Source: Eledone cirrhosa
Lineage: Eukaryota
Reading direction: 5' to 3'
DNA length: 64,000 nt
Assembly: GCA_964016885.1 (NCBI GenBank)
Contig: OZ024741.1
Coordinates: forward strand, 416,144,001-416,208,000
Shown here in pieces: positions 22,501 through 37,500 of this stretch. Position numbers and translations under genes: made by a program. The notes beneath the pieces are model-generated. The model saw only the letters and a list, made by a program, of their open reading frames with translations, ran no database searches and was not told the DNA's origin. Positions within the stretch are counted from its first letter, which is position 1; each line of letters begins with the position of its first letter.

Positions 22501-25500
22501 ATTACCTACAGTTGTCTTAACCCTTTAGTTACCAACCTGGTCAACACTGACCAGGACTATTACCTACAGTTGTCTTAACCCTTTAGTTTCCAACCTGGTC
22601 AACACTGACCAGGACTATTACCTACATTTGTCTTAACAATTTAGTTACCAACCTGGTTAACACTGACCAAGACTATTACCTACAGTTGTCTTAACCCTTT
22701 AGTTACCAACCTGGTCAACACTGACCAGGACTATTACCTACAGTTGTCTTAACCCTTTAGTTACCAACCTGGTCAACACTGACCAGGACTATTACCTACA
22801 GCTGTGTTAACCCTTTAGTTACCAACCTGGTCAACACTTACCAGGACTATTACCTACAGTTGTCTTAACCCTTTAGTTACCAACCTGGTCAACACTGACC
22901 AGGGCTATTACCTACAGTTGTCTTAAACCCTTTAGTTACCAGCCTGGTCAACACTGACCAGGACTATTACCTACAGTTGTTATAACCCTTTAGTTACCAA
23001 CCTGGTCAACACTGACCAGGACTATTACCTACAGTTTTTTCAACCCTTTAGTTACCAACCTGGTCAACACTGACCAAGACTTACCTACAGTTGTCTTAAC
23101 CCTTTAGTTACCAACCTGGTCAACACTGACCAGGACTATTACCTACAGTTGTCTTAACCCTTTAGTTACCAACCTGGTCAACACTGACCAAGACTATTAC
23201 CTACAGTTGTCTTAACCCTTTAGTTACCAACCTGGTCAACACTGACCAGGACTATTACCTACAGTTGTGTTAACCCTTTAGTTTCCACCCTGGTCAACAC
23301 TGACCAGGACTATTACCTACAGTTGTCTTAACCCTTTAGTTTCCAACCTGGTCAACACTGACCAAGACTATTACCTACATTTGTCTTAACCCTTTAGTTA
23401 CCAACCTGGTCAACACTGACCAGGACTATTACCTACAGTTGTCTTAACCCTTTAGTTTCCAACCTGGTCAACACTGACCAAGACTATTACCTACAGTTTT
23501 CTCAACCCTTTAGTTACCAACCTGGTCAACACTGACCAAGACTATTACCTACAGTTGTCTTGACCCTTTAGTTACCAACCTGGTCAACACTGACCAGGAC
23601 TATTACCTACAGTTGTATTAACCCTTTAGTTACCAACCTGGTCAACACTGACCAAGACTATTACCTACAGTTGTCTTAACCCTTTAGTTTCCAACCTGGT
23701 CAACACTGACCAGCACTAGTACCTACAGTTGTCTTAACCCTTTAGTTACCAACCTGGTCAACACTGACCAAGACTATTACCTACAGTTGTCTTAACCCTT
23801 TAGTTACCAACCTGGTCAACACTGACCAGGACTATTACCTACAGTTGTCTTAACCCTTTAGTTTCCAACCTGGTCAACACTGACCAGGACTATTACCTAA
23901 AGCTGTGTTAACCCTTTAGTTACCAACCTGGTCAACACAGACCAGGACTATTACCTACAGTTGTCTTAACCCTTTAGTTACCAACCTGGTCAACACTGAC
24001 CGAGACTATTACCTACAGTTGTCTTAACCCTTTAGTTACCAACCTGGTCAACACTGACCAGGACTATTACCTACAGTTGTATTAACCCTTTAGTTACCAA
24101 CCTGGTCAACACTGACCAAGACTATTACCTACAGTTGTCTTAACCCTTTAGTTTCCAACCTGGTCAACACTGACCAGCACTAGTACCTACAGTTGTCTTA
24201 ACCCTTTAGTTACCAACCTGGTCGACACTGACCAAGACTATTACCTACAGTTGTCTTAACCCTTTAGTTACCAACCTGGTCAACACTGACCAGGACTATT
24301 ACCTACAGTTGTCTTAACCCTTTAGTTTCCAACTTGGTCAACACTGACCAGGACTATTACCTACATTTGTCTTAACAATTTAGATACCAACCTGGTTAAC
24401 ACTGACCAAGACTATTACCTACAGTTGTCTTAACCCTTTAGTTACCAACCTGGTCAACACTGACCAGGACTATTACCTACAGTTGTCTTAACCCTTTAGT
24501 TACCAACCTGGTCAACACTGACCAAGACTATTACCTACAGTTGTCTTAACCCTTTAGTTACCAACCTGGTCAACACTGACCAGGACTATTACCTACAGTT
24601 GTCTTAACCCTTTAGTTACCAACCTGGTCAACACTGACCAGGACTATTACCTACAGCTGTGTTAACCCTTTAGTTACCAACCTGGTCAACACTTACCAGG
24701 ACTATTACCTACAGTTGTCTTAACCCTTTAGTTACCAACCTGGTCAACACTGACCAGGGCTATTACCTACAGTTGTCTTAAACCCTTTAGTTACCAGCCT
24801 GGTCAACACTGACCAGGACTATTACCTACAGTTGTTTTAACCCTTTAGTTACCAACCTGGTCAACACTAACCAGGACTATTACCTACAGTTGTCTTAACC
24901 CTTTAGTTACCAACCTGGTCAACACTGACCAGGACTATTACCTACAGTTGTCTTAAACACTTTAGTTTCCAGCCTGGTCAACACTGACCAGGACTATTAC
25001 CTACAGGTGTTTTAGCCCTTTAGTTACCAACCTGGTCAACACTGACCATGACTATTACATACAGTTGTCTTAACCCTTTAGTTACCAACCTGGTCAACAC
25101 TGACCAGGACTATTACCTACAGTTTTCTCAACCCTTTAGTTACCAACCTGGTCAACACTGACCAAGACTTACCTACAGTTGTCTTAACCCTTTAGTTACC
25201 AACCTGGTCAACACTGACCAGGACTATTACCTACAGTTGTCTTAACCATTTAGTTACCAACCTGGTCAACACTGACCAAGACTATTACCTACAGTTGTCT
25301 TAACACTTTAGTTTCCAACCTGGTCAACACTGACCAGGACTATTACCTACAGTTGTGTTAACCGTTTAGTTTCCACCCTGGTCAACACTGACCAGGACTA
25401 TTACCTACAGTTGTGTTAACCCTTTAGTTACCGACCTGGTCAACACTGACCAGGACTATTACCTACAGTTGTGTTAACCCTTTAGTTTCCAACCTGGTCA

Positions 25501-28500
25501 ACACTGACCAAGACTATTACCTACAGTTGTCTTAACCCTTTAGTTACCAACCTGGTCAACACTGACCAGGACTATTACCTACAGTTGTCTTAACCCTTAA
25601 GTTACCAACCTGGTCAACACTGACCAGGACCATTACCTACAGTTCTCTTAACCCTTTAGTTTCCAACCTGGTCAACACTGACCAAGACAATTACCTACAG
25701 TTGTCTTAACCCTTTAGTTACCAACCTGGTCAACACTGACCAAGACTATTACCTACAGTTGTCTTAACCCTTTAGTTACCAACCTGGTCAACACTGACCA
25801 GGACTATTACCTACAGTTGTCTTAACCCTTTAGTTTCCAACCTGGTCAACACTGACCAGGACTATTACCTAAAGCTGTGTTAACCCTTTAGTTACCAACC
25901 TGGTCAACACAGACCAGGACTATTACCTACAGTTGTCTTAACCCTTTAGTTTCCAACCTGGTCAACACTGACCAAGACTATTACCTACAGTTGTCTTAAC
26001 CCTTTAGTTACCAACCTGGTCAACACTGACCAAGACTATTACCTACAGTTGTCTTAACCGTTTAGTTAACAACCTGGTCAACACTGACCAGGACTATTAC
26101 CTACAGTTGTCTTAACCCTTTAGTTTCCAACCTGGTCAACACTGACCAGGACTATTATCTACAGTTGTCTTAACAATTTAGTTACCAAACTGGTCAACAC
26201 TGACCAGGACTATTATCTACAGTTGTCTTAACAATTTAGTTACCAACCTGGTCAACACTGACCAAGTCTATTACCTACAGTTGTCTTAACCCTTTAGTTA
26301 CCAACCTGGTCAACACTGACCAGGACTATTACCTACAGTTGTCTTAACCCTTTAGTTACCAACCTGGTCAACACTGACCAGGACTATTACCTACAGTTGT
26401 CTTAACCCTTTAGTTTCCAACCTGGTCAACACTGACCAAGACTATTACCTACAGTTGTCTTAACCCTTTAGTTATCAACCTGGTCAGCGCTGACCAGGAC
26501 TATTACCTACAGTTGTCTTAACCCTTTAGTTACCAACCTGGTCAACACTGACCAGGACTATTATCTACAGTTGTCTTAACAATTTAGTTACCAACCTGGT
26601 CAACACTGACCAAGACTATTACCTACAGTTGTCTTCACCATTTAGTTACCAACCTGGTCAACACTGACCAAGACTATTACCTACAGTTGTCTTAACCCTT
26701 TAGTTACCAACCTGGTCAACACTGACCAGGACTATTACCTACAGTTGTCTTAACCCTTTAGTTACCAACCTGGTCAACACTTACCAGGACTATTACCTAC
26801 AGTTGTCTTAACCCTTTAGTTTCCAACCTGGTCAACACTGACCAGGACTATTACCTACAGTTGTCTTAACCCTTTATTTACCAACATGGTCACCACTGAC
26901 CAGGAGTATTACCTACAGTTGTCTTAACCCTTTAGTTACCAACCTGGTCAACACTGACCAGGACTATTACCTACAGTTGTCTTAACCCTTTAGTTTCCAA
27001 CCTGGTCAACACTGACCAGGACTATTACCTACATTTGTCTTAACAATTTAGTTACCAACCTGGTTAACACTGACCAAGACTATTACCTACAGTTGTCTTA
27101 ACCCTTTAGTTACCAACCTGGTCAACACTGACCAGGACTATTACCTACAGTTGTCTTAACCCTTTAGTTACCAACCTGGTCAACACTGACCAGGACTATT
27201 ACCTACAGCTGTGTTAACCCTTTAGTTACCAACCTGGTCAACACTTACCAGGACTATTACCTACAGTTGTCTTAACCCTTTAGTTACCAACCTGGTCAAC
27301 ACTGACCAGGGCTATTACCTACAGTTGTCTTAAACCCTTTAGTTACCAGCCTGGTCAACACTGACCAGGACTATTACCTACAGTTGTTATAACCCTTTAG
27401 TTACCAACCTGGTCAACACTAACCAGGACTATTACCTACAGTTGTCTTAATCCTTTAGTTACCAACCTGGTCAACACTGACCAGGATTATTACCTACAGT
27501 TGTCTTAAACACTTTAGTTTCCAGCCTGGTCAACACTGACCAGGACTATTACCTGCAGTTGTTTTAACCCTTTAGTTACCAACCTGGTCAACACTGAGCA
27601 TGACTATTACCTACAGTTGTCTTAACCCTTTAGTTACCAACCTGGTCAACACTGACCAAGACTATTACCTACAGTTTTCTCAACCCTTTAGTTACCAACC
27701 TGGTCAACACTGACCAAGACTTACCTACAGTTGTCTTAACCCTTTAGTTACCAACCTGGTCAACACTGACCAGGACTATTACCTACAGTTGTCTTAACCC
27801 TTTAGTTACCAACCTGGTCGACACTGACCAAGACTATTACCTACAGTTGTCTTAACCCTTTAGTTTCCAACCTGGTCAACACTGACCAGGACTATTACCT
27901 ACAGTTGTGTTAACCCTTTAGTTTCCACCCTGGTCAACACTGACCAGGACTATTACCTACAGTTGTGTTAACCCTTTAGTTACCAACCTGGTCAACACTG
28001 ACCAGGACTATTACCTACAGTTGTCTTAACCCTTTAGTTTCCAACCTGGTCAACACTGACCAAGACTATTACCTACAGTTGTCTTAACCATTTAGTTACC
28101 AACCTGGTCAACACTGACCAGGACTATTACCTACAGTTGTCTTAACCATTTAGTTACCAACCTGGTCAACACTGACCAAGACTATTACCTACAGTTGTCT
28201 TAACACTTTAGTTTCCAACCTGGTCAACACTGACCAGGACTATTACCTACAGTTGTGTTAACCGTTTAGTTTCCACCCTGGTCAACACTGACCAGGACTA
28301 TTACCTACAGTTGTGTTAACCCTTTAGTTACCGACCTGGTCAACACTGACCAGGACTATTACCTACAGTTGTGTTAACCCTTTAGTTTCCAACCTGGTCA
28401 ACACTGACCAAGACTATTACCTACAGTTGTCTTAACCCTTTAGTTACCAACCTGGTCAACACTGACCAGGACTATTACCTACAGTTGTCTTAACCCTTAA

Positions 28501-31500
28501 GTTACCAACCTGGTCAACACTGACCAGGACCATTACCTACAGTTCTCTTAACCCTTTAGTTTCCAACCTGGTCAACACTGACCAAGACAATTACCTACAG
28601 TTGTCTTAACCCTTTAGTTACCAACCTGGTCAACACTGACCAAGACTATTACCTACAGTTGTCTTAACCCTTTAGTTACCAACCTGGTCAACACTGACCA
28701 GGACTATTACCTACAGTTGTCTTAACCCTTTAGTTTCCAACCTGGTCAACACTGACCAGGACTATTACCTAAAGCTGTGTTAACCCTTTAGTTACCAACC
28801 TGGTCAACACAGACCAGGACTATTACCTACAGTTGTCTTAACCCTTTAGTTTCCAACCTGGTCAACACTGACCAAGACTATTACCTACAGTTGTCTTAAC
28901 CCTTTAGTTACCAACCTGGTCAACACTGACCAAGACTATTACCTACAGTTGTCTTAACCGTTTAGTTAACAACCTGGTCAACACTGACCAGGACTATTAC
29001 CTACAGTTGTCTTAACCCTTTAGTTTCCAACCTGGTCAACACTGACCAGGACTATTATCTACAGTTGTCTTAACAATTTAGTTACCAAACTGGTCAACAC
29101 TGACCAGGACTATTATCTACAGTTGTCTTAACAATTTAGTTACCAACCTGGTCAACACTGACCAAGTCTATTACCTACAGTTGTCTTAACCCTTTAGTTA
29201 CCAACCTGGTCAACACTGACCAGGACTATTACCTACAGTTGTCTTAACCCTTTAGTTACCAACCTGGTCAACACTGACCAGGACTATTACCTACAGTTGT
29301 CTTAACCCTTTAGTTTCCAACCTGGTCAACACTGACCAAGACTATTACCTACAGTTGTCTTAACCCTTTAGTTATCAACCTGGTCAGCGCTGACCAGGAC
29401 TATTACCTACAGTTGTCTTAACCCTTTAGTTACCAACCTGGTCAACACTGACCAGGACTATTATCTACAGTTGTCTTAACAATTTAGTTACCAACCTGGT
29501 CAACACTGACCAAGACTATTACCTACAGTTGTCTTCACCATTTAGTTACCAACCTGGTCAACACTGACCAAGACTATTACCTACAGTTGTCTTAACCCTT
29601 TAGTTACCAACCTGGTCAACACTGACCAGGACTATTACCTACAGTTGTCTTAACCCTTTAGTTACCAACCTGGTCAACACTTACCAGGACTATTACCTAC
29701 AGTTGTCTTAACCCTTTAGTTTCCAACCTGGTCAACACTGACCAGGACTATTACCTACAGTTGTCTTAACCCTTTATTTACCAACATGGTCACCACTGAC
29801 CAGGAGTATTACCTACAGTTGTCTTAACCCTTTAGTTACCAACCTGGTCAACACTGACCAGGACTATTACCTACAGTTGTCTTAACCCTTTAGTTTCCAA
29901 CCTGGTCAACACTGACCAGGACTATTACCTACATTTGTCTTAACAATTTAGTTACCAACCTGGTTAACACTGACCAAGACTATTACCTACAGTTGTCTTA
30001 ACCCTTTAGTTACCAACCTGGTCAACACTGACCAGGACTATTACCTACAGTTGTCTTAACCCTTTAGTTACCAACCTGGTCAACACTGACCAGGACTATT
30101 ACCTACAGCTGTGTTAACCCTTTAGTTACCAACCTGGTCAACACTTACCAGGACTATTACCTACAGTTGTCTTAACCCTTTAGTTACCAACCTGGTCAAC
30201 ACTGACCAGGGCTATTACCTACAGTTGTCTTAAACCCTTTAGTTACCAGGCTGGTCAACACTGACCAGGACTATTACCTACAGTTGTTATAACCCTTTAG
30301 TTACCAACCTGGTCAACACTAACCAGGACTATTACCTACAGTTGTCTTAATCCTTTAGTTACCAACCTGGTCAACACTGACCAGGACTATTACCTACAGT
30401 TGTCTTAAACACTTTAGTTTCCAGCCTGGTCAACACTGACCAGGACTATTACCTGCAGTTGTTTTAACCCTTTAGTTACCAACCTGGTCAACACTGAGCA
30501 TGACTATTACCTACAGTTGTCTTAACCCTTTAGTTACCAACCTGGTCAACACTGACCAAGACTATTACCTACAGTTTTCTCAACCCTTTAGTTACCAACC
30601 TGGTCAACACTGACCAAGACTTACCTACAGTTGTCTTAACCCTTTAGTTACCAACCTGGTCAACACTGACCAGGACTATTACCTACAGTTGTCTTAACCC
30701 TTTAGTTACCAACCTGGTCGACACTGACCAAGACTATTACCTACAGTTGTCTTAACCCTTTAGTTTCCAACCTGGTCAACACTGACCAGGACTATTACCT
30801 ACAGTTGTGTTAACCCTTTAGTTTCCACCCTGGTCAACACTGACCAGGACTATTACCTACAGTTGTGTTAACCCTTTAGTTACCAACCTGGTCAACACTG
30901 ACCAGGACTATTACCTACAGTTGTCTTAACCCTTTAGTTTCCAACCTGGTCAACACTGACCAAGACTATTACCTACAGTTGTCTTAACCCTTTAGTTACC
31001 AACCTGGTCAACACTGACCAGGACTATTACCTACAGTTGTCTTAACCCTTTAGTTTCCAACCTGGTCAACACTGACCAAGACTATTACCTACAGTTGTCT
31101 TAACCCTTTAGTTACCAACCTGGTCAACACTGACCAAGACTATTACCTACAGTTGTCTTAACCCTTTAGTTACCAACCTGATTAACACTGACCAGGACTA
31201 TTACCTACAGTTGTCTTAACCCTTTAGTTTCCAACCTGGTCAACACTGACCAGGACTATTACCTAAATCTGTGTTAACCCTTTAGTTACCAACCTGGTCA
31301 ACACAGACCAGGACTATTACCTACAGTTGTCTTAACCCTTTAGTTTCCAACCTGGTCAACACTGACCAAGACTATTACCTACAGTTTTCTCAACCCTTTA
31401 GTTACCAACCTGGTCAACAATGACAAAGACTTACCTACAGTTGTCTTAACCCTTTAGTTACCAACCTGGTCAACACTGACCAAGACTATTACCTACAGTT

Positions 31501-34500
31501 GTCTTAACCCTTTAGTTAGCAACCTGGTCAACACTGACCAGGACTATTACCTACAGTTGTATTAACCCTTTAGTTACCAACCTGGTCAACACTGACCAAG
31601 ACTATTACCTACAGTTGTCTTAACCCTTTAGTTTCCAGCCTGGTCAACACTGATCAGCACTAGTACCTACAGTTGTCTTAACCCTTTAGTTACCAACCTG
31701 GTCAACACTGACCAAGACTATTACCTACAGTTGTCTTAACCGTTTAGTTAACCTGGTCAACACTGACCAGGACTATTACCTACAGTTGTCTTAACCCTTT
31801 AGTTTCCAACCTGGTCAACACTGACCAGGAATATTATCTACAGTTGTCTTAACAATTTAGTTACCAACCTGGTCAACACTGACCAGGACTATTATCTACA
31901 GTTGTCTTAACAATTTAGTTACCAACCTGGTCAACACTGACCAAGACTATTACCTACAGTTGTCTTAACGCTTTAGTTACCAACCTGGTCAACACTGACC
32001 AGGACTATTACCTACAGTTGTCTTAACCCTTTAGTTACCAACCTGGTCAACACTTACCAGGACTATTACCTACAGTTGTCTTAACCCTTTAGTTTCCAAC
32101 CTGGTCAACACTGACCAGGACTATTACCTACAGTTGTCTTAACCCTTTATTTACCAACATGGTCACCACTGACCAGGAGTATTACCTACAGTTGTCTTAA
32201 CCCTTTAGTTACCAACCTGGTCAACAGTGACCAGGACTATTACCTACAGTTGTCTTAACCCTTTAGTTTCCAACCTGGTCAACACTGACCAGGACTATTA
32301 CCTACAGTTGTCTTAACAATTTAGTTACCAACCTGGTTAACACTGACCAAGACTATTACCTACAGTTGTCTTAACCCTTTAGTTACCAAACTGGTCAACA
32401 CTGACCAAGACTATTACCTACAGTTGTCTTAACCCTTTAGTTACCAACCTGGTCAACACTGACCAAGACTATTACCTACAGTTGTCTTAACCCTTTAGTT
32501 ACCAACCTGGTCAACACTGACCAGGACTATTACCTACAGTTGTCTTAACCCTTTAGTTACCAACCTGGTCAACACTGACCGGGACTATTACCTACAGCTG
32601 TGTTAACCCTTTAGTTACCAACCTGGTCAACACTTACCAGGACTATTACCTACAGTTGTCTTAACCCTTTAGTTACCAACCTGGTCAACACTGACCAGGA
32701 CTATTACCTACAGTTGTCTTAAACTCTTTAGTTTCCAGCCTGGTCAACACTGACCAGGACTATTACCTACAGTTGTTTTAACCCTTCAGTTACCAACCTG
32801 GTCAACACTAACCAGGACTATTACCTACAGTTGTCTTAACCCTTTAGTTACCAACCTGGTCAACACTGACCAGGACTATTACCTACAGTTGTCTTAACCC
32901 TTTAGTTTCCAACCTGGTCAACACTGACCAGGACTATTACCTAAAGCTGTGTTAACCCTTTAGTTACCAACCTGGTCAACACTGACCAGGACTATTACCT
33001 ACAGTAGTCTTAACCCTTTAGTTACCAACCTGGTCAACACTGACCAGGACTATTACCTACAGTTATATTAACCCTTTAGTTACCAACCTGGTCAACACTG
33101 ACCAAGACTATTACCTACAGTCGTCTTAACCCTTTAGTTTCCAACCTGGTCAACACTGACCAGCACTAGTACCTACAGTTGTCTTAACCCTTTAGTTACC
33201 AACCTGGTCGACACTAACCAAGACTATTACCTACAGTTGTCTTAACCCTTTAGTTACCAACCTGGTCAACACTGACCAGGACTATTACCTACAGTTGTCT
33301 TAACCCTTTAGTTTCCAACTTGGTCAACACTGACCAGGACTATTACCTACATTTGTCTTAACAATTTAGATACCAATCTGGTTAACACTGACCAAGACTA
33401 TTACCTACAGTTGTCTTAACCCTTTAGTTACCAACCTGGTCAACACTGACCAGGACTATTACCTACAGTTGTCTTAACCCTTTAGTTACCAACCTGGTCA
33501 ACACTGACCAGGACTATTACCTACAGCTGTGTTAACCCTTTAGTTACCAACCTGGTCAACACTTACCAGGACTATTACCTACAGTTGTCTTAACCCTTTA
33601 GTTACCAACCTGGTCAACACTGACCAGGGCTATTACCTACAGTTGTCTTAAACCCTTTAGTTACCAGCCTGGTCAACACTGACCAGGACTATTACCTACA
33701 GTTGTTTTAACCCTTTAGTTACCAACCTGGTCAACACTAACCAGGACTATTACCTACAGTTGTCTTAACCCTTTAGTTACCAACCTGGTCAACACTGACC
33801 AGGACTATTACCTACAGTTGTCTTAAACACTTTAGTTTCCAGCCTGGTCAACACTGACCAGGACTATTACCTACAGTTGTTTTAACCCTTTAGTTACCAA
33901 CCTGGTCAACACTGACCAAGACTTACCTACAGTTGTCTTAACCCTTTAGTTACCAACCTGGTCAACACTGACCAGGACTATTACCTACAGTTGTCTTAAC
34001 CATTTAGTTACCAACCTGGTCAACACTGACCAAGACTATTACCTACAGTTGTCTTAACGCTTTAGTTACCAACCTGGTCAACACTGACCAGGACTATTAC
34101 CTACAGTTGTCTTAACCCTTTAGTTACCAACCTGGTCAACACTTACCAGGACTATTACCTACAGTTGTCTTAACCCTTTAGTTTCCAACCTGGTCAACAC
34201 TGACCAGGACTATTACCTACAGTTGTCTTAACCCTTTATTTACCAACATGGTCACCACTGACCAGGAGTATTACCTACAGTTGTCTTAACCCTTTAGTTA
34301 CCAACCTGGTCAACAGTGACCAGGACTATTACCTACAGTTGTCTTAACCCTTTAGTTTCCAACCTGGTCAACACTGACCAGGACTATTACCTACAGTTGT
34401 CTTAACAATTTAGTTACCAACCTGGTTAACACTGACCAAGACTATTACCTACAGTTGTCTTAACCCTTTAGTTACCAACCTGGTCAACACTGACCAAGAC

Positions 34501-37500
34501 TATTACCTACAGTTGTCTTAACCCTTTAGTTACCAACCTGGTCAACACTGACCAAGACTATTACCTACAGTTGTCTTAACCCTTTAGTTACCAACCTGGT
34601 CAACACTGACCAGGACTATTACCTACAGTTGTCTTAACCCTTTAGTTACCAACCTGGTCAACACTGACCAGGACTATTACCTACAGCTGTGTTAACCCTT
34701 TAGTTACCAACCTGGTCAACACTTACCAGGACTATTACCTACAGTTGTCTTAACCCTTTAGTTACCAACCTGGTCAACACTGACCAGGACTATTACCTAC
34801 AGTTGTCTTAAACTCTTTAGTTTCCAGCCTGGTCAACACTGACCAGGACTATTACCTACAGTTGTTTTAACCCTTTAGTTACCAACCTGGTCAACACTAA
34901 CCAGGACTATTACCTACAGTTGTCTTAACCCTTTAGTTACCAACCTGGTCAACACTGACCAGGACTATTACCTACAGTTGTCTTAACCCTTTAGTTTCCA
35001 ACCTGGTCAACACTGACCAGGACTATTACCTAAAGCTGTGTTAACCCTTTAGTTACCAACCTGGTCAACACAGACCAGGACTATTACCTACAGTTGTCTT
35101 AACCCTTTAGTTTCCAGCCTGGTCAACAGTGACCAGGACTATTACCTACAGTTGTCTTAACCCTTTAGTTATCAACCTGGTCAGCGCTGACCAGGACTAT
35201 TACCTACAGTTGTCTTAACCCTTTAGTTACCAACCTGGTCAACACTGACCAGGACTATTATCTACAGTTGTCTTAACAATTTAGTTACCAACCTGGTCAA
35301 CACTGACCAAGACTATTACCTACAGTTGTCTTCACCATTTAGTTACCAACCTGGTCAACACTGACCAAGACTATTACCTACAGTTGTCTTAACCCTTTAG
35401 TTACCAACCTGGTCAACACTGACCAGGACTATTACCTACAGTTGTCTTAACCCTTTAGTTACCAACCTGGTCAACACTTACCAGGACTATTACCTACAGT
35501 TGTCTTAACCCTTTAGTTTCCAACCTGGTCAACACTGACCAGGACTATTACCTACAGTTGTCTTAACCCTTTATTTACCAACATGGTCACCACTGACCAG
35601 GAGTATTACCTACAGTTGTCTTAACCCTTTAGTTACCAACCTGGTCAACACTGACCAGGACTATTACCTACAGTTGTCTTAACCCTTTAGTTTCCAACCT
35701 GGTCAACACTGACCAGGACTATTACCTACATTTGTCTTAACAATTTAGTTACCAACCTGGTTAACACTGACCAAGACTATTACCTACAGTTGTCTTAACC
35801 CTTTAGTTACCAACCTGGTCAACACTGACCAGGACTATTACCTACAGTTGTCTTAACCCTTTAGTTACCAACCTGGTCAACACTGACCAGGACTATTACC
35901 TACAGCTGTGTTAACCCTTTAGTTACCAACCTGGTCAACACTTACCAGGACTATTACCTACAGTTGTCTTAACCCTTTAGTTACCAACCTGGTCAACACT
36001 GACCAGGGCTATTACCTACAGTTGTCTTAAACCCTTTAGTTACCAGCCTGGTCAACACTGACCAGGACTATTACCTACAGTTGTTATAACCCTTTAGTTA
36101 CCAACCTGGTCAACACTAACCAGGACTATTACCTACAGTTGTCTTAATCCTTTAGTTACCAACCTGGTCAACACTGACCAGGATTATTACCTACAGTTGT
36201 CTTAAACACTTTAGTTTCCAGCCTGGTCAACACTGACCAGGACTATTACCTGCAGTTGTTTTAACCCTTTAGTTACCAACCTGGTCAACACTGAGCATGA
36301 CTATTACCTACAGTTGTCTTAACCCTTTAGTTACCAACCTGGTCAACACTGACCAAGACTATTACCTACAGTTTTCTCAACCCTTTAGTTACCAACCTGG
36401 TCAACACTGACCAAGACTTACCTACAGTTGTCTTAACCCTTTAGTTACCAACCTGGTCAACACTGACCAGGACTATTACCTACAGTTGTCTTAACCCTTT
36501 AGTTACCAACCTGGTCGACACTGACCAAGACTATTACCTACAGTTGTCTTAACCCTTTAGTTTCCAACCTGGTCAACACTGACCAGGACTATTACCTACA
36601 GTTGTGTTAACCCTTTAGTTTCCACCCTGGTCAACACTGACCAGGACTATTACCTACAGTTGTGTTAACCCTTTAGTTACCAACCTGGTCAACACTGACC
36701 AGGACTATTACCTACAGTTGTCTTAACCCTTTAGTTTCCAACCTGGTCAACACTGACCAAGACTATTACCTACAGTTGTCTTAACCATTTAGTTACCAAC
36801 CTGGTCAACACTGACCAGGACTATTACCTACAGTTGTCTTAACCATTTAGTTACCAACCTGGTCAACACTGACCAAGACTATTACCTACAGTTGTCTTAA
36901 CACTTTAGTTTCCAACCTGGTCAACACTGACCAGGACTATTACCTACAGTTGTGTTAACCGTTTAGTTTCCACCCTGGTCAACACTGACCAGGACTATTA
37001 CCTACAGTTGTGTTAACCCTTTAGTTACCGACCTGGTCAACACTGACCAGGACTATTACCTACAGTTGTGTTAACCCTTTAGTTTCCAACCTGGTCAACA
37101 CTGACCAAGACTATTACCTACAGTTGTCTTAACCCTTTAGTTACCAACCTGGTCAACACTGACCAGGACTATTACCTACAGTTGTCTTAACCCTTAAGTT
37201 ACCAACCTGGTCAACACTGACCAGGACCATTACCTACAGTTCTCTTAACCCTTTAGTTTCCAACCTGGTCAACACTGACCAAGACAATTACCTACAGTTG
37301 TCTTAACCCTTTAGTTACCAACCTGGTCAACACTGACCAAGACTATTACCTACAGTTGTCTTAACCCTTTAGTTACCAACCTGGTCAACACTGACCAGGA
37401 CTATTACCTACAGTTGTCTTAACCCTTTAGTTTCCAACCTGGTCAACACTGACCAGGACTATTACCTAAAGCTGTGTTAACCCTTTAGTTACCAACCTCG

